From: Bugula neritina
Lineage: Eukaryota > Animalia > Bryozoa
Direction of reading: 5' to 3'
DNA: 64,000 bases
Assembly: GCA_964035545.1 (NCBI GenBank)
Contig: OZ037769.1
Location: 11,376,633 to 11,440,632 of the forward strand
A program made the position numbers and the translations under genes. Under the pieces are notes generated by a model that saw only the letters and a list, made by a program, of their open reading frames with translations, did no database searches and was not told the origin of the DNA. Of the stretch, positions 1 to 13,500 are shown in pieces. Position 1 is the stretch's first letter. Each line of letters begins with the position of its first letter.

Positions 1-1733
1 ACACAATTTTTAAATTTTTAATATTATGACCTTAATTGAGTTATAGATGGAGACCAAAACGATACAGAGATATAATAAACATGGTCGCACTCACTTGCTA
101 TTGATTATGCCATTTTATAAAGCTGTATTCAACACTATATAATTATATTTGTGGATTGTTATAAGAATATTAGATGTTTGATTTTCTGTATAGCATAAAT
201 ATCTATCTCTATGACATTGTAGTTTTATTTATAATATTATATATTTTTGTAATAATATAATTGAAAATAAGGTACCCATCATATCACTGTTCCATTATGA
301 ATTTTTGCATGCATAATTGCCATACAAAGATGAAAATATGTTTCTGGTAACATCAACAGATTGTACAACAACTAATTACAACAAAATTTGAGTTAAATTA
401 TTAGAATTTGTGTCTTTTACCTATTTTTAAATATAGAAACAGATGTCTACTAATATGAAATATTTTAATAGACTAATTCATAATATTATATACTTGATGA
501 AACAAACAAAAGGTGAACGGTGAATTTATATTATAACTTATTATATATGCAATATAATTGCAGTTCTTTTATTAAAAAGCTTATAAAAGTAAAATTGTAA
601 GGACTTGGAGTGAAAATTATTTGTGCATAAAAAAACCTGAACAAATACAAAACAATTATTTGTCATAATTTTAAATGTGCAATATGTTAATAGCATTGTT
701 ACATTTTGAAACTGTGGCAATGTTTAAAGCATATTAGAATAATTCTTACATCACATTGTCTTTGCATAGAGAAAAAACAAGGTTTATAGCTATTCTTGTG
801 AAGAAAAATTAGCGCATTGCTGTTGAACTGGGTAGTACATTTCATTGCATTATAAATTCATGCGAAATATAATTTTATATACTAGAGTCCATGACTTTAT
901 AAATGACAAGCATTGATATGTGGTTCTGTTATTATTCAACTGTTTATAAGTGCTTGCATTATTATGCAATCATGATAATTAGATTTCATCTGAATAAATT
1001 ATTGCTTGTAATCCCAACCTCTGACCCCAATGGAGGCGGGGCCAATAAGCATAAATACAGCTGCATATGCTGCAGTTTTAATACTCTATGTTACACTTTA
1101 CACTGGTCAGCAACTTCTAATGGCTGCAGCTGCTGGCTATTACCTCAGTGTACAAATACTTCTTTAATCAAATTAAACTTTCACTGGTAATATTTTCCGT
1201 AGTCAATTTATAATCGGATTACTAATCTAGCAATGAGCAAAGGACAAGATTGCCGTGTAATACAATATTATAATTTATATCAAATTAGAAAATGTATAAT
1301 TATTATCATTGTTTGATCACCTAAAACTGCATGGAAGTGATAGTGTTTAAATATTACAATAAAAACTGTAATACAGGATGTAAAATCGGATTATATGAAA
1401 TCACACATTTAACATCTGATTTATTCTTTTAAATTATAAAAGCTCAATGATAAAATATAAAATAATTTAAAATGAAGTTTATAATATTATTCATCTGAAT
1501 TCACATGTTAAAAACAGTTCAATAGGTGGCCCAATGTTGTATACTGGACTGCGCCTGTCTTGGTTCTCACAAGGCAAACTACAAGTCAATACAGTTTCAG
1601 TTCATACACAACACTGGCAACCTGCAGGAAACTGTTTTAGTCTAGCCTGAATCTACTGATATATCTGGCCTCAAACAAACGTAGTAAATGTTAAAACGGC
1701 AATTGGCCATACACGTAATTGTCACAGAACCCT

Positions 1734-4700
1734 TCAACACTTGCAATGTTCAGCGGTTTGGGAGCAGCAAGTTCGGCGTTTTATCATGCAGCTTCTGAAA
1801 TTTTCCTTCAGCCTCTCTCTTAGCTCCAGCCTCTCTTTGGTTACCTTTGGCATGTTTGCTCTGAAGTCCTCCATTTCCTTCTCGGTGATAAACTCGGAAG
1901 AATCAGCATCTTCATTCAGCTGAAACAAGAGCCAACAACTCTGAGAGAACTAGTGTACACGCCAGAACTAAGGCTTTCACTTCAACAAATGAAAGCTGAT
2001 ACAGAACTTGTATCGTATGTACATGTAATCTGTGCTGTACCTCAAGCATGTCTTGCAGAGTGGAATGAAACTGCTTTTGCTTCTGTGCCTGTCCAGTCTT
2101 TTGGGACGAATCCGATGGCTCCACTATCGCCAGCAACTTCTTACCCGCTAATTTCACTAAACCATTTCCTGATAAGGGCACCTAAAAGGGAAAAGGAAGC
2201 AAGTAATGACTGCCATACAGAGAATAGATGTTCCGCTATATAGGTGTGAGAAATGAAATGCAGCTTACAGAGTTGTTGATGGAACCAGCTTCAGGGTCAC
2301 ATGAGATGTTACTGCAGGAATGATCGTGTCCAGTGTGAGATGCATATACATATCCTACAATAAAGGAGCAGAGTGCTTGGTCTACATTGAAATACACAAG
2401 CATGCAAAAAGCACTCACAAGTTGAACAAGTTCAAGGTTACCCTTTAGCAAAATATATATTCAACCTGTTAGTTTTCTTATATTACAACAATTTAACTAG
2501 TCTAACTAGTAATACAGCGTATATTATATTGTTACTGTACTTACTAATTCAGCCTTCAATGAGAGTTAATATTACAATTCACCCTCCAATAAAAACCAAC
2601 ATTACAATTCAACCTCCAATAAAAGCTTATATTACAGTTCAACACCCAATAATAATACAAATCCATTCACCTGAAGAGTGCTTATCACTGGCGATAGTGT
2701 CATTAACACTAGACGGTTCGGTGTTGGTACTTGAAGTGCTCGAAGACGCGCAGCTATCCGGACCAGATGAATAGCCATAGTCACTGGTGCCTGTCTTAAC
2801 AGTACAGCAGCCAGGGTGGTCAACTCTATGCGTTGGTGACTGGCCAACCCCACTCTCTACGACACATAAATACACCATGAAATACGCTTCAAACAGCTCA
2901 ACTATTTATCAACACTAGCGAGAAACCAAAGTAAACAAAATCTCTCTGCATTTCACCATTAATTACAAGTAACACTAGGAGCAGGATTAGAGCGCTGGCT
3001 TAGTAAACCCTAAGTCATGGGTTCGAACCCCAGTACAGGCCATTAGTGCTTTTAATAAAAGCATCCAGTCGTAATTGCTTCTGTTCCACATATGAATAAG
3101 CCTTTAGCCCACTTCCAGAAAAACCCTTTCTATTAGGTGTCTTACAGGGATAGGGACTATAAACTTGCGTGTTTTTTATAAACATGTAAACACCATGATG
3201 TAAGATCAAAAAATCGTTCGGATTCCCCTCCCGGTCAATATATAAGGATGCACAGAAGCTGAATTCTCAGAATGACTACTAACCAGTATCAGAATGCTGG
3301 ATGGATGCGCTTTTGTAGTCACAAGAGCATTGAAGATCACCACTGGACAGAGGAGTAGAAGGTAGGGTGCACGCACATTCGCTGTCAACAGTTACGCTGC
3401 TCGTAGATTCTAGAAAGCACAAGGAGGATTTGCTGCCGGTGTCCACGCTCATGAGGCTGCCGCACTCAATCCTGTCACACTCAGTGCTGCTACACCTAGT
3501 GCTGCCGCAGTCATCACAACTCGTCAGCTACAAAATATTTTCATGCCACTTTACTAGTGGATCTCCATGTTTGAGAGAGAACTTATTTTATTAATTTTAC
3601 ATTGTTTTGAGATGCAGACCAGCATGATATAACTAGAACATAACTGAGCAAATTAAAACTAATTCTTCTCGTATATCTGTTACTCCGGAAGCTACTTGCT
3701 TCATCCAGTTTCCTGTCACAAATCTTTCCAAAAAACTCACACAAAATATTTGATGACACAATAAATTAATGTTGACAATTTGAAACTGAGCAAAAAGTAA
3801 GAATTTACTTTTTCTGGCTTATGCTGAAAAAACTAAAACTTTGAAAGTATTTGAGTAAAATGAATTATTGTTAGCCAATCTGAATAACATGAATAGTATC
3901 CGACAGACTGTCAAATACCGGCTGTGTCACCTTGAACTCTAAAGTTAGATCCTGGTTTTTCTTGCTCTGTTTCGATTTCTTTTTCTTCTGCCGTTTCAAC
4001 TCTTTCTTGTGCTCCTTGTTCTTCTCTTCAAGCTCAAACTCAGAGCAGAGAAGTTCCAGCTGTGAAATGCCCTGCTTTTGCTCCAATACAACCTAAACAT
4101 GCACTACACGTATAAAATCTCACCACCACTTGCACTGCAACAGTAAACTGTGCTGTCCATTCTTACAGAACAGAGCACAAAGTAACACAACTCCAATGAA
4201 GAGAGAAAAAGCTCCTCACAAAATGTGGAGTAGCATTTATTGAATCAGGCAAGTGTTTACGCCGTCACACTATGAAAACCTACACTAAAACAAAAATGTA
4301 GCATTGAAGAACGTATTTCATCAACACTCATCATCACAGCTTCCAAATCAAACCCAACTGACCTCAAAGTTCTGTCTGAGGCAGCAGATTCCAATATAGA
4401 AGAGCTGCTGCCACGTCTGCTCCTCCAGTCTGATCTTCTGCAGCAGACGGTTGAGTCTGGCATAAAGATATGAACCAAGGCAGGTCAGCACCTCCTCCTG
4501 GGCAATGTCCAGCGTCTTGGCGTGTCTCTCCCTACGACTATCAACATTGAATTATCCATATAATGCATGCAAACAGTCACCTATGTAACTAAATAGCTAG
4601 CACACAGTATATAATACATTACTTATACACAGTCACCTATGTAACACAGTATATACTACATTGCTTATACACTGCTACTGCACACTAACACTCGGCTGTT

Positions 4701-7700
4701 AGGGGAAACTTTAGGTATTACCTCCCCATGAGATCTGGTTCCGCCCGAGCGATCAAACTGGCAATGAACTCCACATTGTTACGGATATGCAAGTGCATCG
4801 TCTTCTTGGAAAATTTGATACCATCATACATGGCAGGGCAGTAACTCTTGTCCTTGCTCTTACCATCATCTCCTTTCAGTAGTCCGTGGGCATGCAGCAC
4901 CTTGTTCTTGCACTCTGTACAGAATCTGTAAACAAAGTAACCAGCTCTCACCATATCAGCACACATTCTAATTGTATAGTACACTATTACATAATCTCAA
5001 TACAAGCGAGTGACAAAATCCAAACTTATTAGTATTACTATTAATAAATAAAAACTACATTACTGTATTCAGTCATTATCTTTCACTGCACAAGTCAAGA
5101 GAACAATCAGAATATTTTGATAAACAACATGATTTGCATGTAGTGAATAAGCTGAAGACACAGTTAATCCTGAAAAGCCACCACGGAACTCTTCAACCAA
5201 ATTTGTTGCAGCCCCCAGTGACTTGGAGGAAAGAGTAGTAGTGGTGTATGAGCTAGACCGACTAACCTGTGCTTCTCCAAGTACACCCCCATAGCCTCTT
5301 TCAGCTTCTCATACTCTATCTTCAGAACTTCATCTCTGCATTCCGGGGACAGGAGAGCCCATAGGTCTACCCAGTTGCTGACACAAAGAGAACAATGTAG
5401 GTAGATTACCACCAACAACACAGTGGCAGCAGCAATAACAATATTAAAACCTTTCAGCAGAATATGCCAAAACAATACAGTTGATTTATTAGAAAACATG
5501 AATCATATATATGGTTACAACAATGTTAGCATAGAAATTAAAATCAATGACATAATGAGCATTACAAGAAAACAAAATGACTAATATGACTAATTACAAC
5601 ATTGATATATTGGTTGATTGGTATATTGATTGATTGCTAACAAAAAATCAATATTAATTAAAAAGTGCCACAAAACAAAATGTTTCATAATTTTCAGGAG
5701 CAGTGAGATAGAGCTTACCTGGTGGACTTGTTCTTCTGGGTGTCTAGGGAATGGAGCTGGCACCTTTTGTTCTTCTTACTACGGGGAATCATCGTCACAA
5801 AATCACGAAGTTTGTTTCTAAAACAGTTGGTAGCAGTGGATAGCACAAGTTTACACCTTGCCCAGCTTCAACTACAGGTTGTGAGCTTTCATTTCACAAA
5901 ATAGGTATTAAAAATAAGAAACTGTGAGAGTAACCCATTATGAGCCTGACTTGAATAACAAACACTGGTAATATAACACTCATGTGAAACCCTGTAAGCA
6001 CATTCGTACAACATCTAGAAAACATTTTAGCATGCTAAACCAGTAAAATACACACCCATGAACATAAAACAGCGCAAAAAGTAGCTTTGGATCTTCCTTG
6101 TAGTTCTTTTTCAGAGTAATCTGGCAGCGTTTACCTTTCGTCTTGGTAATTTGCATAGGGTCCAGAGTTTTATTACCTGACAAGGCGAGATGCTCCAGCA
6201 TTCTCTCCACACTGTCATAGTAAAAGGAATGTGCAATAAGTTTGTTGTTACAATCTATATTTGGTTTTTGAATAATCAAATGAATACAGGTCAAAGAACT
6301 GCAATGTTATAATGGTGGTGCTGTTTAAATGACACTAACACAAAAATATAAAAACAAACTTTTTAATCTGTTTATTGGTATTCACATACACTGCTTTTCC
6401 ATTACTTCGCATTATGCGAATGGATGCTCACGGATGAATTTATGGTTGCAGTTTGCATTAACTTATGGTTGTGGTTTCAGTCGATGCAACTGTTTCCAAA
6501 CACTGAATGAAAAATCCATTCGCAAAGCTTGAAAATGTAGTGATAGTACGATTCAAGTGAATCAAACTATTTTCTACTGTCAAGAGTCATTAAAAATTGC
6601 CAGAAGAAGGAATTGTGTTTTACCTTTTCCGACACCCAACGCAAGGCACAAGACACGCTAGTTGCTCAGCTATCTCACTCTGGTCAGTGGTAGTGGCAGC
6701 CAGTCTCTCGTTCACATTCAAACTGAGATACTTGGCGACAAATCGCTCGACATCAGATTTTTTATTGCTACCTAAACCGCAGTTGACGCAGTTATCAGGG
6801 AACTGTAGAACCATCTGAAAGATACACAAACTTACTAGAGTTTGCCCACTCACATCTTACATTATCAATTGCTATAATTAATCTTTACAATATGAAAGTA
6901 AATATGAAACTAAAGGCAGCGTTTACATTTCACAGTAGTAATTTTTTAGTCAATCAATGATTTTAGACAATGATGTGCTATTAAGTATATGAAATTGTTT
7001 CTGATGACGTACATTGTGTTTATATTTGATAACCTAAAACACTACAGCGAATTATTAAAACAAAAACATTTTATAAGCAGTTGAAAGTAAGCATAGATAT
7101 AGTTCATTGAAATTTAGAATTTAATTAGTTTACCAACATGACCAGCTATATCATCATAGGGCCACTTTAGTGAGATGGTAAAGAAGGCAATGGATATTTG
7201 TACTTATTACCTTTTGTATCATTATAAAAAATAGGACTAAGTGATCTTAACGACATGGTGTTTGTAGACTGTAAAGATATATTTTGTGATATAGACATAA
7301 AAGCATTATATTTGGTTGACCCTAAGTAACTGTCGAAGCAAATATAAATGCCGAGTAAACAGTAACCCCATATTCCTAACAGCTATTATAGGTATAAGTT
7401 TCTGTTGTCTTGATTGTGTAAATAAAACTAGTGAAGTTACAAATACACTCATAGTGTCAGTCACGGCATAACTTTCAAAGTTACCAAATCACATGCTCAA
7501 AAAGTAAATTAAAATTTGAGTCAAATTTAAACTAAGATCAGCATCAACTTGCACTCAATCTCAGACTAATAAAGGTAATTGAAACAGTAATTAATTATGA
7601 TTACAATTAGTATTACCAAATCAAACTATCATAATCATATGATTGTTAAGCTCACTAATGCCCAATTTTATTTATTATCCTTCAACACCAACTTTAAGTT

Positions 7701-8972
7701 GGCCTGAACAAAAAACTGAGTAAAAACAATTATAAATATGTTTAGGATAAAAATAGAAAATCACACATAGCATTACTCATAGCCATTCTCATTTTAATAT
7801 TAGCAATACAAGTCTGATACTAAGTCAAATGTCATTGTCAATGGTAGTGTTATTGTATTGAAATTAGACTGCACCAGTAAGTGTTACTATAACTGTACGA
7901 GTATGTTGCTTATAGTAAACGTAATGTTATACTAGCACTTACAGGTTATCTTATAGTATAAGTATAAGCGACGTACGAAGTTGATTCAGTTATCAATATT
8001 ATAACTAAGGATAATATTATACTTATATATAGAGTTGATGTTATAGAAAAGCTGAAATTTTAACTTTAAGTTTAAGCTCAGAGTTTCAGCTAGAGTTACA
8101 GCTCATGCTATACTGATACTCATACCAATAGTGACACCTGTAGTGATATTCATATTGATAGTGATACTTATAATCATACTCACAGTCACAGATATCATAA
8201 TAATTATTATAGACAAATTAATTTAGTATGTTAATAACATTTAGAAGTAACATAACCATTAATTAATAACTAATCTGGTAAACCCTAATGAGTTTGACTT
8301 TGAGTATGACCAATTCCTAAATCGAAGACTTAGACTAATGATTAAAATTAATTTTAAAATATCAACTTTAACATATAAATTAACTATAACTATACTTACT
8401 TACTTAAATTAACTATAACTATAAGTATAATCATTTTAATTTAGTTCTACTTTTCGTTTTACTTTTACTTTTAGCTAACAAGTATTGACTTTGAGTAAAA
8501 TGTCTCAGTCTTATGCTTCAAAATTTTTATTTTATGGTCAATTTTGGTGATGCCAATGGTACTGATACAACCTGGACCAGTACTGCTAGTGCTAGTTTGT
8601 GTTACTACTACTAGTAGTACTACAACTAGTAGTAGTAGTATTACTACTACTAGTACTAGTAGTAGTACTAGTACTAGGTCTAGTAGTAGTAGTACTACAA
8701 ACTCAAAGCCATATAAAGATGCAGTCAGTGTTACTGTTACAAATTGAAATACTAATAGTAATAGTAATACTAATCATACTAAATAATGATAAAGTGATAA
8801 TCATAGTGATAGTGCATTAACCTCAAATTTAACATAGCCATAATGATAAACATTTTGATTTAATTTTATATTTACATACCGTCGCCTTTTCTTCTAAAAC
8901 TAATGGCATTTGACGCTGAGCAAATACATGGTCTATATTTTGATTTTTTACAACAGACACTAGTTTTGCCAT
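1734..8972 (-). CDS. GGNBP2: Gametogenetin-binding protein 2 (GGNBP2/ZNF403), about 13 coding exons
   Basis: Approximate exons: 8880-8972, 6624-6814, 6056-6211, 5719-5818, 5267-5377, 4721-4926, 4363-4538, 3931-4092, 3285-3528, 2670-2856, 2268-2354, 2041-2181, 1734-1921, with GT-AG junctions. Spliced protein: MAKLVSVV...RQMPLVLEEKATMVLQFPDN...LVPCVGCRKSVERM...LFYVHG...IPRSKKNKRCQLHSLD...ECRDEV...HRFCTECKNKVL...RRERHAKTLDIAQEEVLTCLG...EEQTWQ...QGISQLELLC. This matches the GGNBP2 family closely. An in-frame upstream ATG lies at 8978. Confidence 0.93.
2985..3170 (+). mobile_element. tRNA-derived SINE, copy 1 (GGNBP2 intron, antisense to the gene)
   Basis: Head TTAGAGCGCTGGCTTAGTAAACCCTAAGTCATGGGTTCGAACCCCAG contains the B-box GGTTCGAACCC. 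The body (GCATCCAGTCGTAATTGCTTCTGTTCCAC...AAAACCCTTTC...GACTATAAACTT) is shared with 11337-11517. Confidence 0.75.
7560..8870. repeat. Degenerate hexamer-period (ANTNWN)n tract in GGNBP2 intron 1
   Basis: Examples: ACTGAT ACTCAT ACCAAT AGTGAC ACCTGT AGTGAT ATTCAT ATTGAT AGTGAT; (ACT/AGT)n run at 8600-8700. Confidence 0.7.
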
Positions 8973-8979
8973 ATTCATA

Positions 8980-9480
8980 GAATTTGGTATTTCAATTTCA
9001 GTATTTGGAGATGATTATTGAAGGTCAATTGGACTAGCGTTCATCTCAGTCAAACCGTGGCGTATTAGTACAGTAACTCTATTGACTATTCATTTACTTG
9101 CAGTCAACATTCAATTTCATATGCCTATGGCTTTGCACGGTAGTCATACGTTGTTCAAACTTATGGTCTCCTTATAATACTTTTGTTTTAAAATTTTATT
9201 AAATATTTTAAAACATTTATAATTTTAAATTGTATTTGACTTTAAAAATTTGTAAAAATAATTTTGAATTGAAAACAGATATCGGAAATATTTTACAACT
9301 ATCTAACTTCCTACTTTCACCCCACTCGCTTAGCTAGGACCTCAGCGGCAACTGTCTTCATTCAAACTATAAATAAAAGAGATGTTGTAAAACTTCAAAG
9401 CCATTGAAATGGAATATATATTTTTTAATTAATTGTTTAAAATTATATATTTCAATCTGTTATGAATTATAATTATTTGT
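8980..9480. promoter_or_regulatory. Putative bidirectional promoter for GGNBP2 and DDX55
   Basis: Divergent start codons at 8972 (-) and 10545 (+). A likely non-coding donor AAGG/GTAAGT lies near 9964 for DDX55. The TSS cannot be located from sequence alone. Confidence 0.55.
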
Positions 9481-9484
9481 GGCA

Positions 9485-10290
9485 CCAGCTGAAACTAAAA
9501 TTAAATTAGAAACTCAAACTGAAAGTCAGACTGAAACTCAAAGTGAAAGTAAAGCTAAAACTTTAACTCAAATTTTTAGTTTTACCTTCACTTTGTCTTT
9601 TAGTTTAAGTTTTTAATTCAATGTCAGTTTGCACCATAACTAATAGTTAAAAGTTGAGTTTGAAAAATTTAAGTTCAAGTTGTTACAGTTGCACCTGCAC
9701 TTTAAGTTTAAGTTCAACTTGGAGTTGAACTACTACTAGTATTACTATTAGCATTATTATTAGTAATACTACTAGGTCTAGTATTACTACTTACTAGGTG
9801 ATTTAAATTTGCATTTCAAATTTTTAGTTTAATTTTCAATTGATTTTAGTTTATATAGTAAGTTTAATATTTCATAATCATTTAATTTTAGTAATACTTT
9901 TTGAGATTTTCATTCTTAACCTGAACTTTTAAGCAGTCTGAGTTGGAGTCTAGAAATACTAAGGGTAAGTAGACATAAATGTGGAATTCATTTGATACAC
10001 TTAAATTGCTTGTAATAGTTATACTAAATCTAGTACTTATAGTTATAGTAATATACTAATACTAATACTAATAGTATTAGCATTAAACTTGTAGTTGTAT
10101 TCAAACTCAATCGCTAAATATTGAATATTCAATGTAGATTCAATAATTCATATTGATATTTAATTTTCTGTTGGACATTAAAATATCAATATGTATAACA
10201 TTAAATCAAAGTCAAAATGTTGTACTCACTTGATCTTATTGATACTTAAACTAAATCAATATGAATATGATTGTGATTTATCATTCAAGC
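9485..10290. repeat. Degenerate hexamer-period tract at the DDX55 5' end
   Basis: GCTGAA ACTAAA ATTAAA ... ACTCAA ACTGAA AGTCAG ACTGAA ACTCAA AGTGAA AGTAAA GCTAAA ACTTTA ACTCAA. Confidence 0.7.
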
Positions 10291-10544
10291 AATAAAGGCT
10301 TGTTAAGCAAACATTAGTGACAGTGTGCCTGGTGCGATTTGCTTTTTAGCTGTCTAATTTATATAATTTTTGTTATATTATGGTAAAACTGCATAATAAA
10401 TTTATTTTATTTTCGATATAGTTTGAGAAATACTGTTTCATTTTATAGGCATTATGTTCTTGGCAGATTGTTATACCAATGTGATGAGTTCACAGACTGA
10501 TAAAGATAGTTTATAATGCTTCATTGAGTATCCTCTCTTACAGC

Positions 10545-13500
10545 ATGTCTAAGCATATTAACCAGGATTGGTCCAAAATAAATTATACTCTTCAACCAAA
10601 GATATCGGAAACACTAAAAAGACTTAATTTTGTCACTCCTACACCAGTCCAAGTGAGTTATATGTTGACAAAGTTTAGCATTCTATAGTAATATTTTCAA
10701 CCGAATTTGTTTCTGGTCATGCTCAGAAATAAAAATTATTATTTGATTCATGCTTCGACAACTTGAAGCACTCAATAATCCTGGTTTATATTCAACTTGT
10801 GTAAAATTTCCGTAGGTAATAATTATGTAATTAATCAAGTTCTGAAGTTTTGTATTGAGTTATGTTATGTTTACACAATATTTTAAGATGTTGAGAAATG
10901 TTAACTGGAGCTTTTTGTTTCATAAGAAGTGTTATATGTTGTTTTGTGACTTACAATTATGAAGTTACATAAATTTTGAAATTTCAACTCCAAATAGTAA
11001 TTTTATGTGCTAAATAAAGAATTATGATTTATTAAATAGTATGCAGTCACTGAAGTTTTGGTGATCATTCTATTCAGTGTTTGTCATTTTTCATGAAATC
11101 CTGATACTTTTGAGGTAAATATAATTATGCTGTTGATTTTTAGGCAGCGTGTATCCCATTGCTCTCACAGAACAAAGATGTTGCGGCAGAAGCTGTTACT
11201 GGTAGTGGGAAAACTCTCGCTTTTCTCATACCTTTGTTGGAGATCTTATGTAAGCGAAAACCTCCCCTGAAGAAAAATGAGGTGACTATTTTATTATTTT
11301 ATCCTCTGCTATCTTAATCTTTTTAGAGAGTCTGGGGGTTAGAGCACATGGCTTAGTAAGTACAGAGTCGTGGGTTTGAGCCCCAGTAAATGCCATTGGT
11401 GTTGTTAGGAAGAGCATCCAGTCATAATTGCTCCTGTGCCACTTATGAAAAATTCCTTAGCCACTTGAAAACCCTTTCCATCAGAGGTTTCTCACAAGAG
11501 TGGTGACTATAAACTTACATCAGTTTTTTCATCTGCATCTTTTGAGGGATACTCCAGTTTTATTGTTCTAATATTACTAATTCTCGTCTACCTTTGCATG
11601 TCAAATGCAATTTTGATAACATCCATAAGACTAACAAGTTTGCTAGTGATCAGTTATCTCTAACTTTGGTACTAAAGGATTTTAATGACCGTAAGATAGA
11701 TATTAGTGTTACTAGATAAAATAATAGCAGTAGGGGGTATATGAGTGTTATTTGTAAAGTTGAGATTTAAAATGAGTAAAAGCCCAAAGCAATGAATCTT
11801 GGAATTTGTAGATTTATTATTTTGTAAACTATAAAGCTGCGGAAACATTGATCATTGTAATGATGTTTGGTAGATAGGTGCGCTGATTATCTCCCCAACA
11901 AGAGAGCTGGCTACGCAGATCAGTCAGGTTTTGGACGAGTTCCTCAAAAGCCTACCTCAGTTTACTAGAGGACTTTTCATTGGAGGCAGGCATATTGATG
12001 ATGACGTTAAGCTTTTACATTCACAAGGGTATGTTGCATAGGTATTCTAGGTAGTATAACAAATTATACAGCACATACGAGATCTGAGCTGTTGCTAAAG
12101 TGTTCAATAAGTTGCAAAGTTTGTTGAATTGTGGGAGCTAGTTATAATAACTAAATTAAGTAGAATGTGTATCCAGAGAAATACTGTGTGCTATGAAAAA
12201 CGCTCATTAGATTGATATATTTAAAATTTATTAGGAGTTGTCTTTTCAGAGGTAACGAACGCACAACTAAAAGCCAACAATAACTGTAAAGTTTATTTTT
12301 TTGATAATATTTTAAATAATCTCTACAAAATCTCTTTAAAAATCTGCCTCTATGATTTTTATTTGATTTGATTTTTGTTATGTATGTTCTTGAAATAAAG
12401 TTTCGGAGTAGTAATTTAGATATTTTGAACAAATCCTGTTGCACTTTTGTCCTTGAAAAAAAGAAATTTTTGCATAAATATTTCCAAAAACTTTTGCTTT
12501 TAAAAAGTTTATTGTAGTAATTCTAGCAGGGCTTATATTTGTGTTGAACCAGATGTCACATTATGATTGGTACACCCGGCAGACTGGAAGAGTTGCTTCA
12601 GAAGAAAACTGATCAAATCAATCTTGGCAAATCAGTAAAACAGCTGGTAGGATTATTTACTAAACTTGCTGTCTTACTATTTCAATAAATGGCATTGCAT
12701 TGCAGAATTATTATACATATATGGCTAGAGAATTGTTTAACTTATAATTTATTAAATTACTGCAGAATGTTTTGAAATTGTCAGTTAAATAAATTAACTA
12801 GAAATACTCGGTAGTTTAATTCCTAAATGCATTTCTTGTTGGTGCTGACATCACATAATAATATAGATACGTTGTTGTTTCTCACACCAAGGCTGTTGAG
12901 TATCTTTCATTGTGTTACAGGAGATTCTTATTCTAGATGAGGCCGACAGGATCCTGGACTTGGGGTTTGAAACCAGGTAAGGAGAGTATTACACCTTCGT
13001 GTGTAAGCCTTTGCAAAAGTCTGTCATACTATCCATAGCTTGTTATAGATACTAATCTCTGTCTACCAACTCTAGTTTACTGTTCACCATTTTCCACCCA
13101 GAACGTAATTATGGAAGTAATTTTGAATTTACTAAACATCCTCACTCTGGTGTAGCAGGTTATAAAGGTATGGAAACTGTACAAAGATATTGGCAATGTA
13201 GGTTTATTGGTTTAGTTTTTTAGTTCGAGGAGGTAAAAATGTTGTTGTCGCTATACTTCAGTACAACTCGAATAACAATGACTAACTGAGGTTATGTTCG
13301 ATATCTATTTGCAGTATCAACACAATCCTTCAGTACCTCCCAAAGCAAAGACGCACCGGCCTGTTTTCAGCCACTCAGACTGAGAAAGTTGTAGATCTGA
13401 TTAGGGCGGGACTGAGAAATCCGGTAAAAGTTAGAATAGTGGAGAAAGATGAGGCAACTGAAGGTGACAGTAAAATCCCTCTGGGTCTGTCCATATACTC

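Noticed and set aside
2975-3042. Functional tRNA gene
   Set aside because: The acceptor and D stems do not pair, and it continues into a body shared with other copies, so it is a SINE head.
8544-8820. Ser/Thr-rich and Val/Leu-rich ORFs (also 35929-36141, 40983-41199, 53456-53698)
   Set aside because: They are by-products of the hexamer-period tracts in first introns, with no splice or homology support.
10481-10535. C/D box snoRNA in a DDX55 5' intron (GTGATGA...CTGA)
   Set aside because: The boxes are only about 10 nt apart, with no terminal D box or closing stem.
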